The notes under the pieces were generated by a model. That model was given only the letters and a program-made list of their open reading frames with translations, did no database searches and was not told the origin of the DNA. Shown one piece after another: positions 1 to 10,939 of a DNA stretch of 64,000 nt. The DNA is taken from NCBI GenBank assembly GCA_030704615.1, contig CM060734.1:43400001-43464000 (forward strand). Direction: 5' to 3'. A program made the position numbers and the translations under genes. The first letter of the stretch is position 1, and each line of letters opens with the position of its first letter. The DNA comes from Takakia lepidozioides. Its lineage: Eukaryota; Plantae; Bryophyta.

Positions 1-289
1 CGTGGGTAGTCACCTCCCAGCTTCTCACCCGATCAGTCTCAGACCACTCCACCTCCTAGTTCACATTACTAGTCACCTTATTCCGCCAGCTACTTCTTCC
101 CAATCTCAGGCCCTCATACTTGTGTCACGTGCACCCGGCCCCTAGGAGGTGTAGGTCACCTTCGGTACTTAAGGTACAACGGCCCGATGATCCTAGGGTT
201 ACTGACCGGGAGTATAGGACGATGTTGCAGACACCATTCAGGCCTAGCCTTTGGCATGCACTAGTGCCTCCGGTCCCCATTCCTCAAGG

Positions 290-770
290 CCAACCATTTG
301 AGTTTTGGGGTCGGTGATATTGTGTGAGAGCCGCGACGAACCCTTCCATGGGTCCTGGGCTATTCACAATGGAGGATATTGTGGTTCCTCCAGGGAGAGG
401 GCAGACAGTGGACTTATTCCCTACTTTGGCCCATACTACACGATTTTCCACTGGGACTAGATATGACGGGCAGCCCCTTGGGTGAGACCTTATGGTCTTT
501 GTGTCAATGACCTCGATGTCTTCAATCGGGTGTTGGACCTTGGATCAAGGGTTATATGTGACGGAGATCCCGATGTGTTCGGGTATGTTGCAGGGTTCAT
601 CAATAGTTCAATTGGTAAACCTAAAATGAGCAAATGTATTGTGGGATGAGCGATATGATGGGGATGTTAGGCTAGCACAATCGATATCAAATTTTGTTAT
701 GACATGTGTATGTAGTACAATTCCCACCGGTTCAGAGTTATTCGCCTCTTATGAGTTCTCTGATAAGGCT
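290..770 (+). pseudogene. SET-domain-like coding segment in CACTA copy 1 (stop and frameshifts)
   Basis: Joined frames give WGR*YCVRAATNPSMGPGLFTMEDIVV...PYFGPYY...GYVAGFINSS...TIPTGSELFASYEF, matching SET motifs GxG(L)F, YxG, (AR)FINHS and IxxGEELxxxY. Confidence 0.65.
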
Positions 771-970
771 TGGGATGCGCGTGGAAATCGAAAGTGGAGG
801 GAGTTTGCCAAACGTTACAAACGTCCCTCCTGCAGCCGCCGAGGAAACTTGTACTAGGGGATGGTGATTAGTCATGCACACATATCATGGCCCCTATTGT
901 GGCACCGGTAGGAATGGGTGATTAGGGTTTAAGTTTTAGGCTGAATGTGCCACTGTACATATATTTTTTG

Positions 971-1619
971 GGAAGATAATAGAAATATATAGAACTATGC
1001 ACACGTGCAACCTCTGACAGGATGGTACGCCGGTTTTTGGCATGTCAAATCTTCCCCACCCCTCTCTGAGAGTGACATGGACCTGAAGGAGTGTCAACTC
1101 CAGTCGGGGTTACATTGGGCTACACGACGAGGTGTGTAACTCCACTTAGGGTTACATTGGGTTACACGACGAAGTGTGTTATTCCACTTGAGGTTACACA
1201 GAATGGAGTGTAGAGTGTAACTCCAGTCAGTGTATCCCACACTTGGTCTCGAAATTTGACTAAGTCCAAATGTGGCTAAGTATAAACTAGACTAACCAGA
1301 GTTACATGAGAAACCGGGGTTACAGAGGGTTACACCAATTGGAGGGTTACATTGACCAGGGTTACACTACAAGAGCCTCCCCTCAAGGATCAAACCTGAA
1401 TCTCGTCACCTACAATGCTATCACCTTACCGTCACGCTACCCCCCCACACTTGCAACCCAATCGGATTCTTAAGTATTTAATAGTGAAACAGAGGTAAGA
1501 GGGTTGGGGAGGATTTGACAGGGCCCCGGTCGGAGGAGTCCAAGTTGTCGGAATCCGGCGAAAATACTGTCAAATCATACGCGTCCATTAAGTTCTTACA
1601 TTATTCCTATTGTCTTTCC
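971..1619. mobile_element. Mutator-like (MULE) MITE
   Basis: 9-bp TSD TATTTTTTG at 962-970 and 1620-1628; imperfect long TIRs (GGAAGATAATAGAAATATATAGAAC versus reverse complement GGAAAGACAATAGGAATAATGTAAGAAC). Confidence 0.8.
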
Positions 1620-1688
1620 TATTTTTTGGATACAAATGGAACAATTCCCAACCATTGTATATTAAATGTATTGTGAATGTATTTATAG

Positions 1689-2318
1689 ATCCAAGTACAA
1701 GAGCAAATGAGGTTAGTGAACCCTCCAACGGGCGCTCAGGCTGAGGTGGTCAACAGTGGTATTGGCCGCGGAGAACAAGGCCCAGACGACCATATTACCT
1801 AAGACGGTGACTAGGTGGACAATGAACACAATATGGACACTGACGACGTGAGAGCCATGGAGGATTTGTTAATGAACCACTTGGGGGAGGGACAACAAAT
1901 TGGGGAGGATGTGGCTCGCCCGACCACATTGGATGAAGATGCCGATCCAAATCCAATGGAAGCCGAGGCAACACACCCTTGTATAAAGGAGCAAGAGTGA
2001 GTCGACTTTCCACTGTACTGTTGTTGCTTATTATAAATTTGCAAACCCAGTTCAGCATAAGCAACGTTGGCATGTCCGCAAGCATGCGCACAATTGCGGA
2101 CCACATCCTCCCCAACCATTTGGAGCAAAAAATGCCACATTCAAGAAAAGAGGCAAGAGAGGTTCTAGACAAAGTGGGGGTGGGCTACAAAATCTTCCAT
2201 GCATGTCCTTGTGATCGCACCTTGTACTATGGAGAGCATGGGTGTGCTACCACATGTCCCCCGTGCAAAAAATGTAGATACCGAGATGATGTTCAAGGAA
2301 GGGAAGATCCCAGAAAGG
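1689..2318 (+). pseudogene. CACTA TnpD transposase 5' exon (region upstream of the Transposase_21 core), frameshifted
   Basis: IADHILPNHLEQKMPHSRKEAREVLDKVGVGYKIFHACPCDRTLYYG...CPPCKKCRY is the typical TnpD Cys motif; AG acceptor at 1688 and GT donor at 2319. Confidence 0.8.
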
Positions 2319-3102
2319 GTATATTTATCTTATATTCTCTTTCCTGCCATTTCAAGTGGTTACAAATATCACTACAACACACCCTATGTAATTTCGACGA
2401 TTTAGTTTGACGCTGGCGTTGACTGTTGTCACTTTCGACTTTTCCAACCATTTTGCAGTCAAAATTTATATTAAAATATTCGAAGTGCTGGACAATCGCG
2501 AAAATTTTGATTGTAGTGAGAGACTTTGACTATCTAAAGTGAGCTGGCTGAGATAACCACTTAAACAATGGCACGTGTAATCACAATATATAAATTATAT
2601 AGCAATATATATATGTGGATAATAAGAAGTAAAAATATTTAACTATTTTTTTACTGACCCATCACATTAATATTAAATTTATCGTGTGCTGGTTAATGTT
2701 AGTGAAACAAAACAACTGAATTATGTGAACGAATGATAAACAAAACGCCTTGCTGGCAGCTATTGTGAACGTATCCAACATAATTTTTGCGCACTGGATG
2801 AACGTATGAATGAATGATAAAGCAACATACCTATCACGTGCGTGAACAAAAGAGGGTTAATTTAATACCCCTACATACAAACTATGTATATATTAAGAGG
2901 CTGGAAAATTTACAAAAGTATATATACATACTTTTACGCGAAAATTTGTAAATGGGTGTATGTAGCTTACTGGTAAGGGCTTCCCCCGCCCGTCGTGGCA
3001 TCGCGGTTTCAAATTTCTCGCGTTGTTTTTTTTCCCCTTTTTTTTCCATTCATGCACTAAGCCCCACTAAGCCCTATCGCTGCTGCGCGCACTATGTCCT
3101 CG

Positions 3103-3478
3103 TGTTGGTCTTAGCAGGTCGTGTTTCAATCTCTGCTCGCTGAGCTGCACTGTGGTGGTTCCGAGGAGCGGATTTCTTAGCAGGTCATGTTTCAATCTCT
3201 GCTCGCTCAGCTGCACCGTGGTGGTTCTCATGGACCAATCCGCTCCTCGCCAGGTTGGTCTTAGAAGGTCGTGCTTCAATCTCTGCTCGCTCAGCTGCAC
3301 CGTGGTGGTTCTCATGGACCAATCCGCTCCTCGCCAGGTTGGTCTTAGCAGGTCGTGCTTCAATCTCTGCTCGCTCAGCTGCACCGTGGTGGTAGTCGAG
3401 GAGCGGATTTCCTAGCAGGTCGTGTTTCAATCTTCTGTTTGCTCAGCTGCACCGTGGTGGTTCTCATGGACCAATCCG
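3103..3478. repeat. Tandem array: ~50-bp core x5 with two spacer types (central period 84 bp)
   Basis: Core (CT)TAGCAGGTCGTG(T/C)TTCAATCTCTGCTCGCTCAGCTGCACCGTGGTGGT recurs 5 times; a diverged single copy lies at ~5175-5250. Confidence 0.9.
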
Positions 3479-5439
3479 ACATTACGGACTACAGACACAA
3501 GCAGCACACACAAGGGTCCGTTTGGTTCATGGTCAGTCAAATCCTCCATGGGTCATGACACAAGGACGAGGACAATGTGGTGAGGGCACCTTATTCTTTG
3601 ACCTATTTTCACCAGTTTTCCCTCTCATCAATCAGGTCAGGCTAAAACTTTTGGTAGTGACGATGTCTTTTGGAATGAAACGGACACCTGATGCTATGCA
3701 CGGGGGACTAATCGTTGTGGGCAACAGTTGAAGGAGCTAAAGGCAGAGCTTTGCTCTTCTGAGAGTGGCGAAGGTGACGGGTGGCACCAAATAAGCTGTC
3801 CAATATGTAATGGCCAGTTTAGGGTTTTTACTTCACGTGCCCCCTGTAATGATGCATGCCCCATCTGGAGTTCTGCAGATGTAGGTATTGTGTCCTTGGA
3901 ATGTAACTATATTAGCAGCCATGAGCAAGTAGTACCCTTTGGAGAAATGGGCTCTTGTCCTGGTAACTCATCCATGGCTGTGATGGCATTGTTTTCCAAA
4001 GGCCCTGCTGAGCATGTAATATATCTTATTTCCGTCATATGGAATAAGGGTTGAGATGGTTGCAGCCTTCTTTGAAAACAGAGAAACAGAAGAAGAAAGA
4101 GGCGTTTCCTCCCCTATCTTCTTGTTTTTTCCCTTGTTCCTGTGGTCCGGGTCGGTTCTTGCGGTCGTCGATTGGTGGAGGGTTTGTGGTGTGGAGTAAG
4201 AAAATGTAGCGTGGTTTACGGCTATTAGAAAGAAATGATAGTAGGCGTGGGTTTGATTTTTTTTGGTTTTGAGTTTGGGGTGTTGGGTGTTGGTTTGTCT
4301 TTGGTTATACGTGGATGGGTGGAGACCAATCATTTTATGGTGGGTCTCGGATGGGGCAGCATTCCAAATGTGGTATACACTGTGGCTGGAAAGCGTTGCA
4401 TGTGTTACCAAATGTTTCTTCTTAGGCAAGTCACATGGCACATGATCATGGTGGCTTCAATCTTATTGTACCTTGGCTAACCCTGGAAGCGGAATTTTCT
4501 CTTATTGGTGTCTCTCTATCTTCTCAGAAAAAAAAGTGGAATATGTAACTTTAAAGAAATATGGACAAACAGATAAACAACAGTCGTGTGAAATGGCAAA
4601 TCAGTAGGGAATCCAAGAAATCATGCTGGAAATCTGTTAAGAAACCAACATCTAGATTGAAAAAACAAAAAAAACGATTCCTCCATGGAAAAAGTTATAA
4701 TTTGAAACCTTCGACGACTGGGAGCAAGAAAGGTCAAGGAACAATCAAAATGTGCCACTCTTCAAAATTAAGATGGAAAGGTGACAGGGGCAAAGGGCAA
4801 CTGCTTCTCTGAACAAGCGTGTTTTAATTTGAGTGTAGGCCGCTGGGGAAAGCAGAGGATCATCTGGAGGAAATTTTGCAAGTCCCGGAGCAAGAGCAAA
4901 AAAGTGAGGGATAAAGTTTTTTGTACAGATCCTTTTTTACACCAGCCCCTGCAGGAACGGAAAAGGCGAAGAAGGACAAAATTCGCGGGGACAAAAATCG
5001 CCAAGGTGTGAAAAATAGGCTTTTTCTTAATCCTAGGAAGATGGTGAACACAATTTATCGCTAATCCCCCAAATACACCATGGTGTGGGCTTTTGGCTCA
5101 CCTTCTAGTACACTGATTTGGTATTTCTTTCTGTTGTATACCCGGTTCTTGAGGTAGAGTCAGCTTGTCATTGAGCAGGACGAACGTGTTTCAAGCTCTG
5201 CTCGCAAATCAGCTGTCGTGGTGGTTCCCATGACAAATCGACATTACCTGTTATTACAGGGAGGACACACAAACAGCACCATAAGAGAACGTCCTGTTTG
5301 GGTTGAAAGTGGTCCGGTCAGATTACCCAGATGTCATTGCGAACACTGCCAGGGGCCCGCCCTGGTGGCCACATTGATGTTACTGCATAACCGTCGAGAG
5401 ATTCACAGGAGACGTGTTCAACCACTATGGCTTGAATAG

Positions 5440-5650
5440 ATATGTGGGTGTCGTAGAAACGCAATGCTTACAGGGTGTGCAGAGCAGGGCGCATGATGTG
5501 GCTTTTAAGACCATGAAAGCAAAGATGCGGGGAAGGGGTGAAGCTCAACCACATCATTTTGTGTCGTGCAGTGCATGTGCAAGCCTGTGCAAGCCCTAGA
5601 AAAGGGCAAGAGGTGGCATGGGTTGCATCACAAAGCTGGAAATTTACCAG
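5440..5650 (+). pseudogene. Short PLS-class PPR gene fragment
   Basis: DNA similar to 6540-6650 (AACCACATCA...TGTGCAAGCC...GAAAAGGGCAAGAGGT, encoding a KPNHITF..ACASL...EKGK-type motif). Confidence 0.55.
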
Positions 5651-6169
5651 ATGGATCCATGGTACAAAAGAACTGATAAATGAGTCCAAAACTAAAGGGG
5701 CCGCAGAAGGCAGCAAGCGGTCACAGTATGATACCTCAAGGCACGGGTGCTAATGAAGGTACCTTCTTCAACACATTTCACCCTGTTTTTACGCCTCTTA
5801 TCAGAATCGGCCCTAAATTTTCATAGTTGGAAGAGGAAAACAAAGCTGCACGTTCGGCTGGTATAGTGAGCCTTTGATAGGTTTGAGCGACTTTGACATG
5901 GTACTGCCAATGGGACCACAAGGAAGTATCAGTAACAGCTGAGACGAGAGAAGCTGTGCGTGATAATACTTTTCTGACCCCCGTCAATGGTGGGGACAAT
6001 CGAGGCAAAAAGGTGAATGCCTGTTGGATTACAGAGACTAGTAGAAAAGCATAATACACTTGGACCATAGTGAAACAATAATGTGATAAGTTGAGTTGGG
6101 AGTGTTCCTAGAACCAATCTAGGTGCTGTCATTGTCAGGTGCTAGCAGCAAGGCAAAGATGCTAAGCAT

Positions 6170-7120
6170 GTGAAGATGCTTTGTGAGGCAGGCAGACTGA
6201 CAGAGGCTCTACAGACTTTAAACCAACGAGGCATGTCCCAGAAATCAGATACGTATGTCTGTCCCTTTGCTTAAAGTGCATCAAGATGAAAGGTCTGGCA
6301 GCGGAAACACAGGTGCACACCCACATTATCCAAAGTGGATTCGTGCCAAATGTTTTTTCTACTCAACACCCTTGCCAACATGTAGTTAAGTGTGGGAGCG
6401 TCATGGATGCTCACCAAGTTTTCCACAACAGATGTGCCTCAACAATCTTTGATCACGTGGAATATAATGTTGGCAGGATTTACAAGGAATAGGTGTGGCA
6501 GGAATGCTTTGGAGACCTATGAGCAACTGCTGTGCGCGAGGTTGAAGCCCAACCACATCACGTTTGTTTGTGTTTTGCAATGCGTGTGCAAGCCTTGGAA
6601 CTCTGGAAAAAGGGAAAGAGGTCCATGGTGACATCGTCAAAGTTGGATGTAACCAGAATGTCATTCTGAACACTGCCAATGGTGGACATGATTGCCAAAA
6701 ATTTGGGTGCTGCAAGCCTGATGCGAAGGGAGAGTTCGACAATATGGCTGAACGAGATTGGTGTTTTGGAGTGCCATAATTGCAAGGTATGTGCCGCATG
6801 GGTATGGGATTAAGGCTTTGAAACATAAGAGCAAATGATGTGGGAAGGGATGAAGCCAGACCAGGTCATATGCATTCATGTGTTTGTAATATGCGTATTC
6901 GAGCCTAGCAGCCCTGGGAAGGGGCAAAGAGGTTCATGGTGACATTATCAAAGCTGGAATTGTACCAGATGTCATTCTGCCATTCCTTGTGTACATCTAT
7001 GGCAAATGTGAGCCTGGCAGCCCTAAAAGGGCACAAAGGTCCCATGGTGACATCGTCAAAGCTGGAATTGTATCACTAGATGTCACTCTAAACACTGCCC
7101 TGGTGGATATGTAGTTGAAG
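6170..7120 (+). pseudogene. PLS-class pentatricopeptide repeat (PPR) gene fragment with multiple frameshifts
   Basis: LCEAGRLTEAL, QVHTHIIQSGFVPNVF, ITWNIMLAGF..ALETYEQ..KPNHITFVCV, ACASLGTLEKGKEVHGDIVK and repeated GKEVHGDIIKAGI are P/L/S motif signatures. Confidence 0.85.
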
Positions 7121-8515
7121 GCAACCCTGGATCAAGTGGATGTCACTTTGGGTGACATGGTAGCTGGCACCACCATTCTCAAGAACTACAAGTTTCTGAA
7201 TTCATTCTCGAAATGATTTCTTTTGTTCGCTTGACATGTCCACGATAGGGCTTTACCTAGCTGCACAACAGATTTTCCTTCCTCAATGACTTCACTTGGG
7301 CAGTGATCTATGCATATGGCAACATGGCCCTCATGTGGGTCATCTATAGAATGTGGCCAAACTTTTTTAAAAACACTCTTGATATAACCGTTTTGAGCCA
7401 TCCAAATGCTTTTGGTTCCTGCATGTATTTGTATTCTAAGTTTTGCTGTATTTGTAATATATTTTCAATGCAGTGCAGCGAATCAATAAATTTAAATACA
7501 AACCCACTACTTCATATTTATATAGATATAAAATGAAATGTAAATGAAAATAAATAAATAAAAACAAAATAACAGTAATAAACAAAAACAATAAAACCAA
7601 ACATTAAACAAAAAGCCTCCCCAATTCATATATATATATATTATATTTATTTATATATATACTAGGTACACGTCATGCATCCACGTCATACTGCAGTAGA
7701 ACTATTTTAGTACATGTCATGCACCCATGTCATAATGCAGTTAAACCACCTTACTATATGTCATAGCCACTCATATACTGTGGTACAATCACTTTACTGT
7801 ACGTCCCCCTAGGTTTTACTGTCACATTCATTTCACTGTCAGAACCTGGCATCTGGATTCGACTGCTTGCTGAAACGACTTGACCATTGTCACGCATATT
7901 CGACTATGGAGGCTGGGAGTAAAAATGTCGCAAACGACTAAAAAATGAGTCTAATACAGAGTCGAAAAACCCATCTTGTATTGTAGTGTATGCTCACACT
8001 ACTGCAAAAAGGGGGGGTTAGTGACGGGCAGCCGCGCCCCCACGCCCCGCGCGCGCTGAGCGTGCGACGCCGGGGCATGCACGGCGCTGCGCTTGTTGAC
8101 GCACGCCGTGACAACCAAGCGCCCAAGTGTTGCCCCTGAGCGCCGGGATCATCCTGCGACGCCGGGACGTGGCAAGGTGGCCTCAAGGCAAGAGGTAGCC
8201 CTTTCTTGCCACGCTGGCCGTCGCAAAGGGGGCGGCCCCACTTGCCACGCCGGGCATGGCAAGGTGGCTTGAAGGGGGAAAAGGCCTCTGCGACGGCCGG
8301 GAGTGGCAAGGGGGGTATTGCGACGGTTTTTTTGGCTTGCCCACGGCGGGGGGGTGACAAGGGGGGGTGGTCTTTTTTCTTTGAGTTAAGGGGCAGGGAG
8401 AGGGGGGGGACGGGGGATGGGACTCTAGGGGGGGGGACCTCTCTGTTTTTTCTTCTTTGTCCCCCCCCCCTCTCTCTCTCTCTCCCTCTCTTCCCCCTCT
8501 CTCTTGGTTGTTAAT

Positions 8516-9352
8516 TGCACATATCCGGAAAGTTGTTCAAACTAGCAAGGGCAAAGCTCTGGGGCTCGATAAAATTTTCCACTCAGAGGGGTCAACTCTG
8601 AGGTTAAGAAAACCATGCTTTGTCGCGTTATTAGACCTGCCTTGGAGTACGGATCTGCAATATGGGTTGATAACTCCAACACTACAACAAATTGGGGGGT
8701 TTGCGACGCCAGCCGCGCCCCCACGCCCCGCACGGTGCTGAGTCTTGCGACGCCAAGCCCGCGGCGTTTTTTTTGCAACGCCCCGACATCGCAATCCCCC
8801 GCTGCGACACCATTACGACGCCCAGCCGTCGTAAGGTGGCATGAAGGGGATAGAGGCCCTCGCTGCGACGGATTTTTTTTCTTGCGACGCCCCAGCGTCG
8901 AAAATCCTTAAAAAAAAATAAAAAATGGATGTTGCGACGCCTCGGCGTCGCAAAAGCGTCACTAAGGGCGCCCCAGCGCCTCTGCGACGTTAGGGCATCA
9001 CAACAGCATCACCATAGTAGGAGTTTTTTTTTTTTTTTTTTTGGGCTTTGCGGCCCCCAACTTCACAAAAGCGTCGCTGGGGTGCCCCACGATGGGACGC
9101 CCAACGTTGCGACGTCAGGGGGTCGCAACGGCGTCATCACAGGGGGTCGCAATGGTATTGTGGTCAGCTTAGGTCATCACAAGGACGTCGCTTGGGGCGC
9201 CTGGCGGTGGGGGGGTGCAACAACGGCGACGATGCTGGGGCTAGGGCTGGGGCTGGGCACTAAGGCTGTGGAGGTTGCAACTCCCCGGCGTCACAAGAGA
9301 GACCCCATTAGAAGGAACTTGAAGGCTCTTGAAGGAAATCTTTATATGTGTG

Positions 9353-9388
<36 letters not shown>

Positions 9389-10773
9389 CTTTTGTGATAC
9401 ATAGATGTAGCGTAGGTGTGTTGGTTAGTTTGTATGTTATAACGTGGAGGTCTTAGGTTCAAGTACGCATTGCATGATATATGTAGAACAATGAATATAT
9501 CGCCATTAGACAGAACCAGAATCAATGGTCAATAAGTTTTTGAAATTCAAATTTTCCGCCTAAATTCAGATGTACCCCCTTAAATTGTGACGTCCGAGCG
9601 TCGCACTTTGCGACCCCCGGACGGTGCTAATTCTACATTGCAGAGTAGTTTTTTTTTTTTTTTTTCGATGCCCGGGCGTCGCAAATTGCGGTTTCGACTA
9701 TTTGCGACCCCCATTGGTCGCAAATTTGCGACATTTTTTTGGCGACGGGCTTGCGACGCCCGAGCGTTGCAAATTTGGGTTTTCCCCCCTGCCCGAAAAG
9801 GGCTGTTTTACGACGCCACGGCGTCGAAAACCTCCTTCTTTTCCTGTAGTGCAACCAGGCTAAGTCTCTAGAATCCATTCAAGTGGGGGTGCTTAAGGAG
9901 TGTATGTCAGCATGCTCCAAAACATCCAATGTGGCTGTTCGGGGTGAGTTTGGCATTCTGTCCTTAAGCTCCTGACGAGATGAATTCAAGGTCAGATGGT
10001 GGGGTCAGCTGCAACATATGTCCAACACCAATTATCCTAAGTTAAACAAGACCGCCCTGTCAAACAAGCTAAGTCCTGGCAGAAGAGATTAGAAGAGATT
10101 CTCAAGACCTGGACCTGGATCCGCAAATCTTGACCCTGCTGGATAAATCTGACTTAGAGGCTGTAGTGTCCAAAGCCTTGTCTGTTGCCATGAGATTGTC
10201 TGATGAAAATGAAGTTAGGCAAAAAGCTTCCCTGAACTTGTTTCCAGTCAGTGACATGGGGGAGGACATCTTGGATGACCTCAAGGGTCTACCCACTCTC
10301 GGCATAGACTGAAATTTAAACTCAGGGCAGGAAGCCTACCTTTGAACAGCAAACAGAAGCAGAGAGGAAAGGGAGAGTGCAATTGCCCGTTGTGTGGGCA
10401 ATCTGAAGACAATATTCATTTTCTGATATATTGTCCGGGGTTCTCACACCAAAGAGACGCTCTCTTCAAATCTATCAAGGGAATTGTGCCTATACCCCTG
10501 TTTACCAACTTTGAAAGTCTCGAGGCTGAGCCAAAAGCCCAGGCCCTCCTGAGGCTTAGTTTTTGGGCAAATCACACACATCAAATTGATGCTTGTGTGA
10601 AGGGATTTCTAGACGATATCTGGAAAACCCGGATTGATTCTATATATGAAGGTAAGTCTTACTACCAACGTCAGCCCCTGACAGAGGTAGGTTTTGTCCC
10701 TTTTGTTCCCGCTCAAACTGGGCGCGGGGTCAATGGCCACAAGGCTACGGCAAACAACGTCTTATGAGTACAA
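8516..10773 (+). mobile_element. 5'-truncated non-LTR retrotransposon (RTEX-like LINE), post-RT region plus C-terminal zinc knuckle
   Basis: 16-bp TSD TCTCTTGGTTGTTAAT at 8500-8515 and 10774-10789; IRPALEYGSAIW, VRGEFGI, CPLCGQSEDNIHFLIYCP; homologous to 20961-21710 and 54493-55934. Confidence 0.85.
8680..9851. mobile_element. Non-autonomous CACTA element (1172 bp) nested in the LINE
   Basis: CACTACA...TGTAGTG termini, 3-bp TSD CAA, many TGCGACGCC subterminal repeats; the empty site GATAACTCCAACCAGGC is visible in the LINE copy at ~54995. Confidence 0.92.
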
Positions 10774-10939
10774 TCTCTTGGTTGTTAATAGATTTGTTTG
10801 CATCATCATCATCGAGAGAGAGAGAGATGGAGGGAGACATGATTGCAAGACCATTGATGAATCATAGAAATAAGCTACAATATGCATGTACATGTACAAT
10901 CAATCGAAGGGATGGGTACAGTTCGGTGCGAGAATTATT

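Larger units (their letters stand above)
1..2369 (+). mobile_element. Decayed CACTA (En/Spm) element, copy 1: SET-like segment plus TnpD 5' exon; left end lies outside the window
   Basis: Colinear with 14800-17040 (Pro-rich region, SET-like segment, then TnpD N-terminal exon); interrupted at 2370 by another CACTA insertion. Confidence 0.7.
2370..7988. mobile_element. Non-autonomous CACTA (Pack-CACTA), 5.6 kb, carrying host gene fragments
   Basis: Starts CACTACAACACA and ends TGTATTGTAGTG (reverse complement CACTACAATACA, 11/12 match); 3-bp TSD TAT on both sides; no transposase recognised inside; contains PPR fragments. Confidence 0.75.

Noticed and set aside
2370-2518. 149-bp mini-CACTA ending at TGTAGTG (2518)
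   Set aside because: Flanks TAT and AGA do not match; the terminus at 7988 gives a better TIR and a matching TSD.
3103-3478. CRISPR-like repeat-spacer array
   Set aside because: Spacers are reused rather than unique, there are no cas genes, and the context is a eukaryotic transposon.
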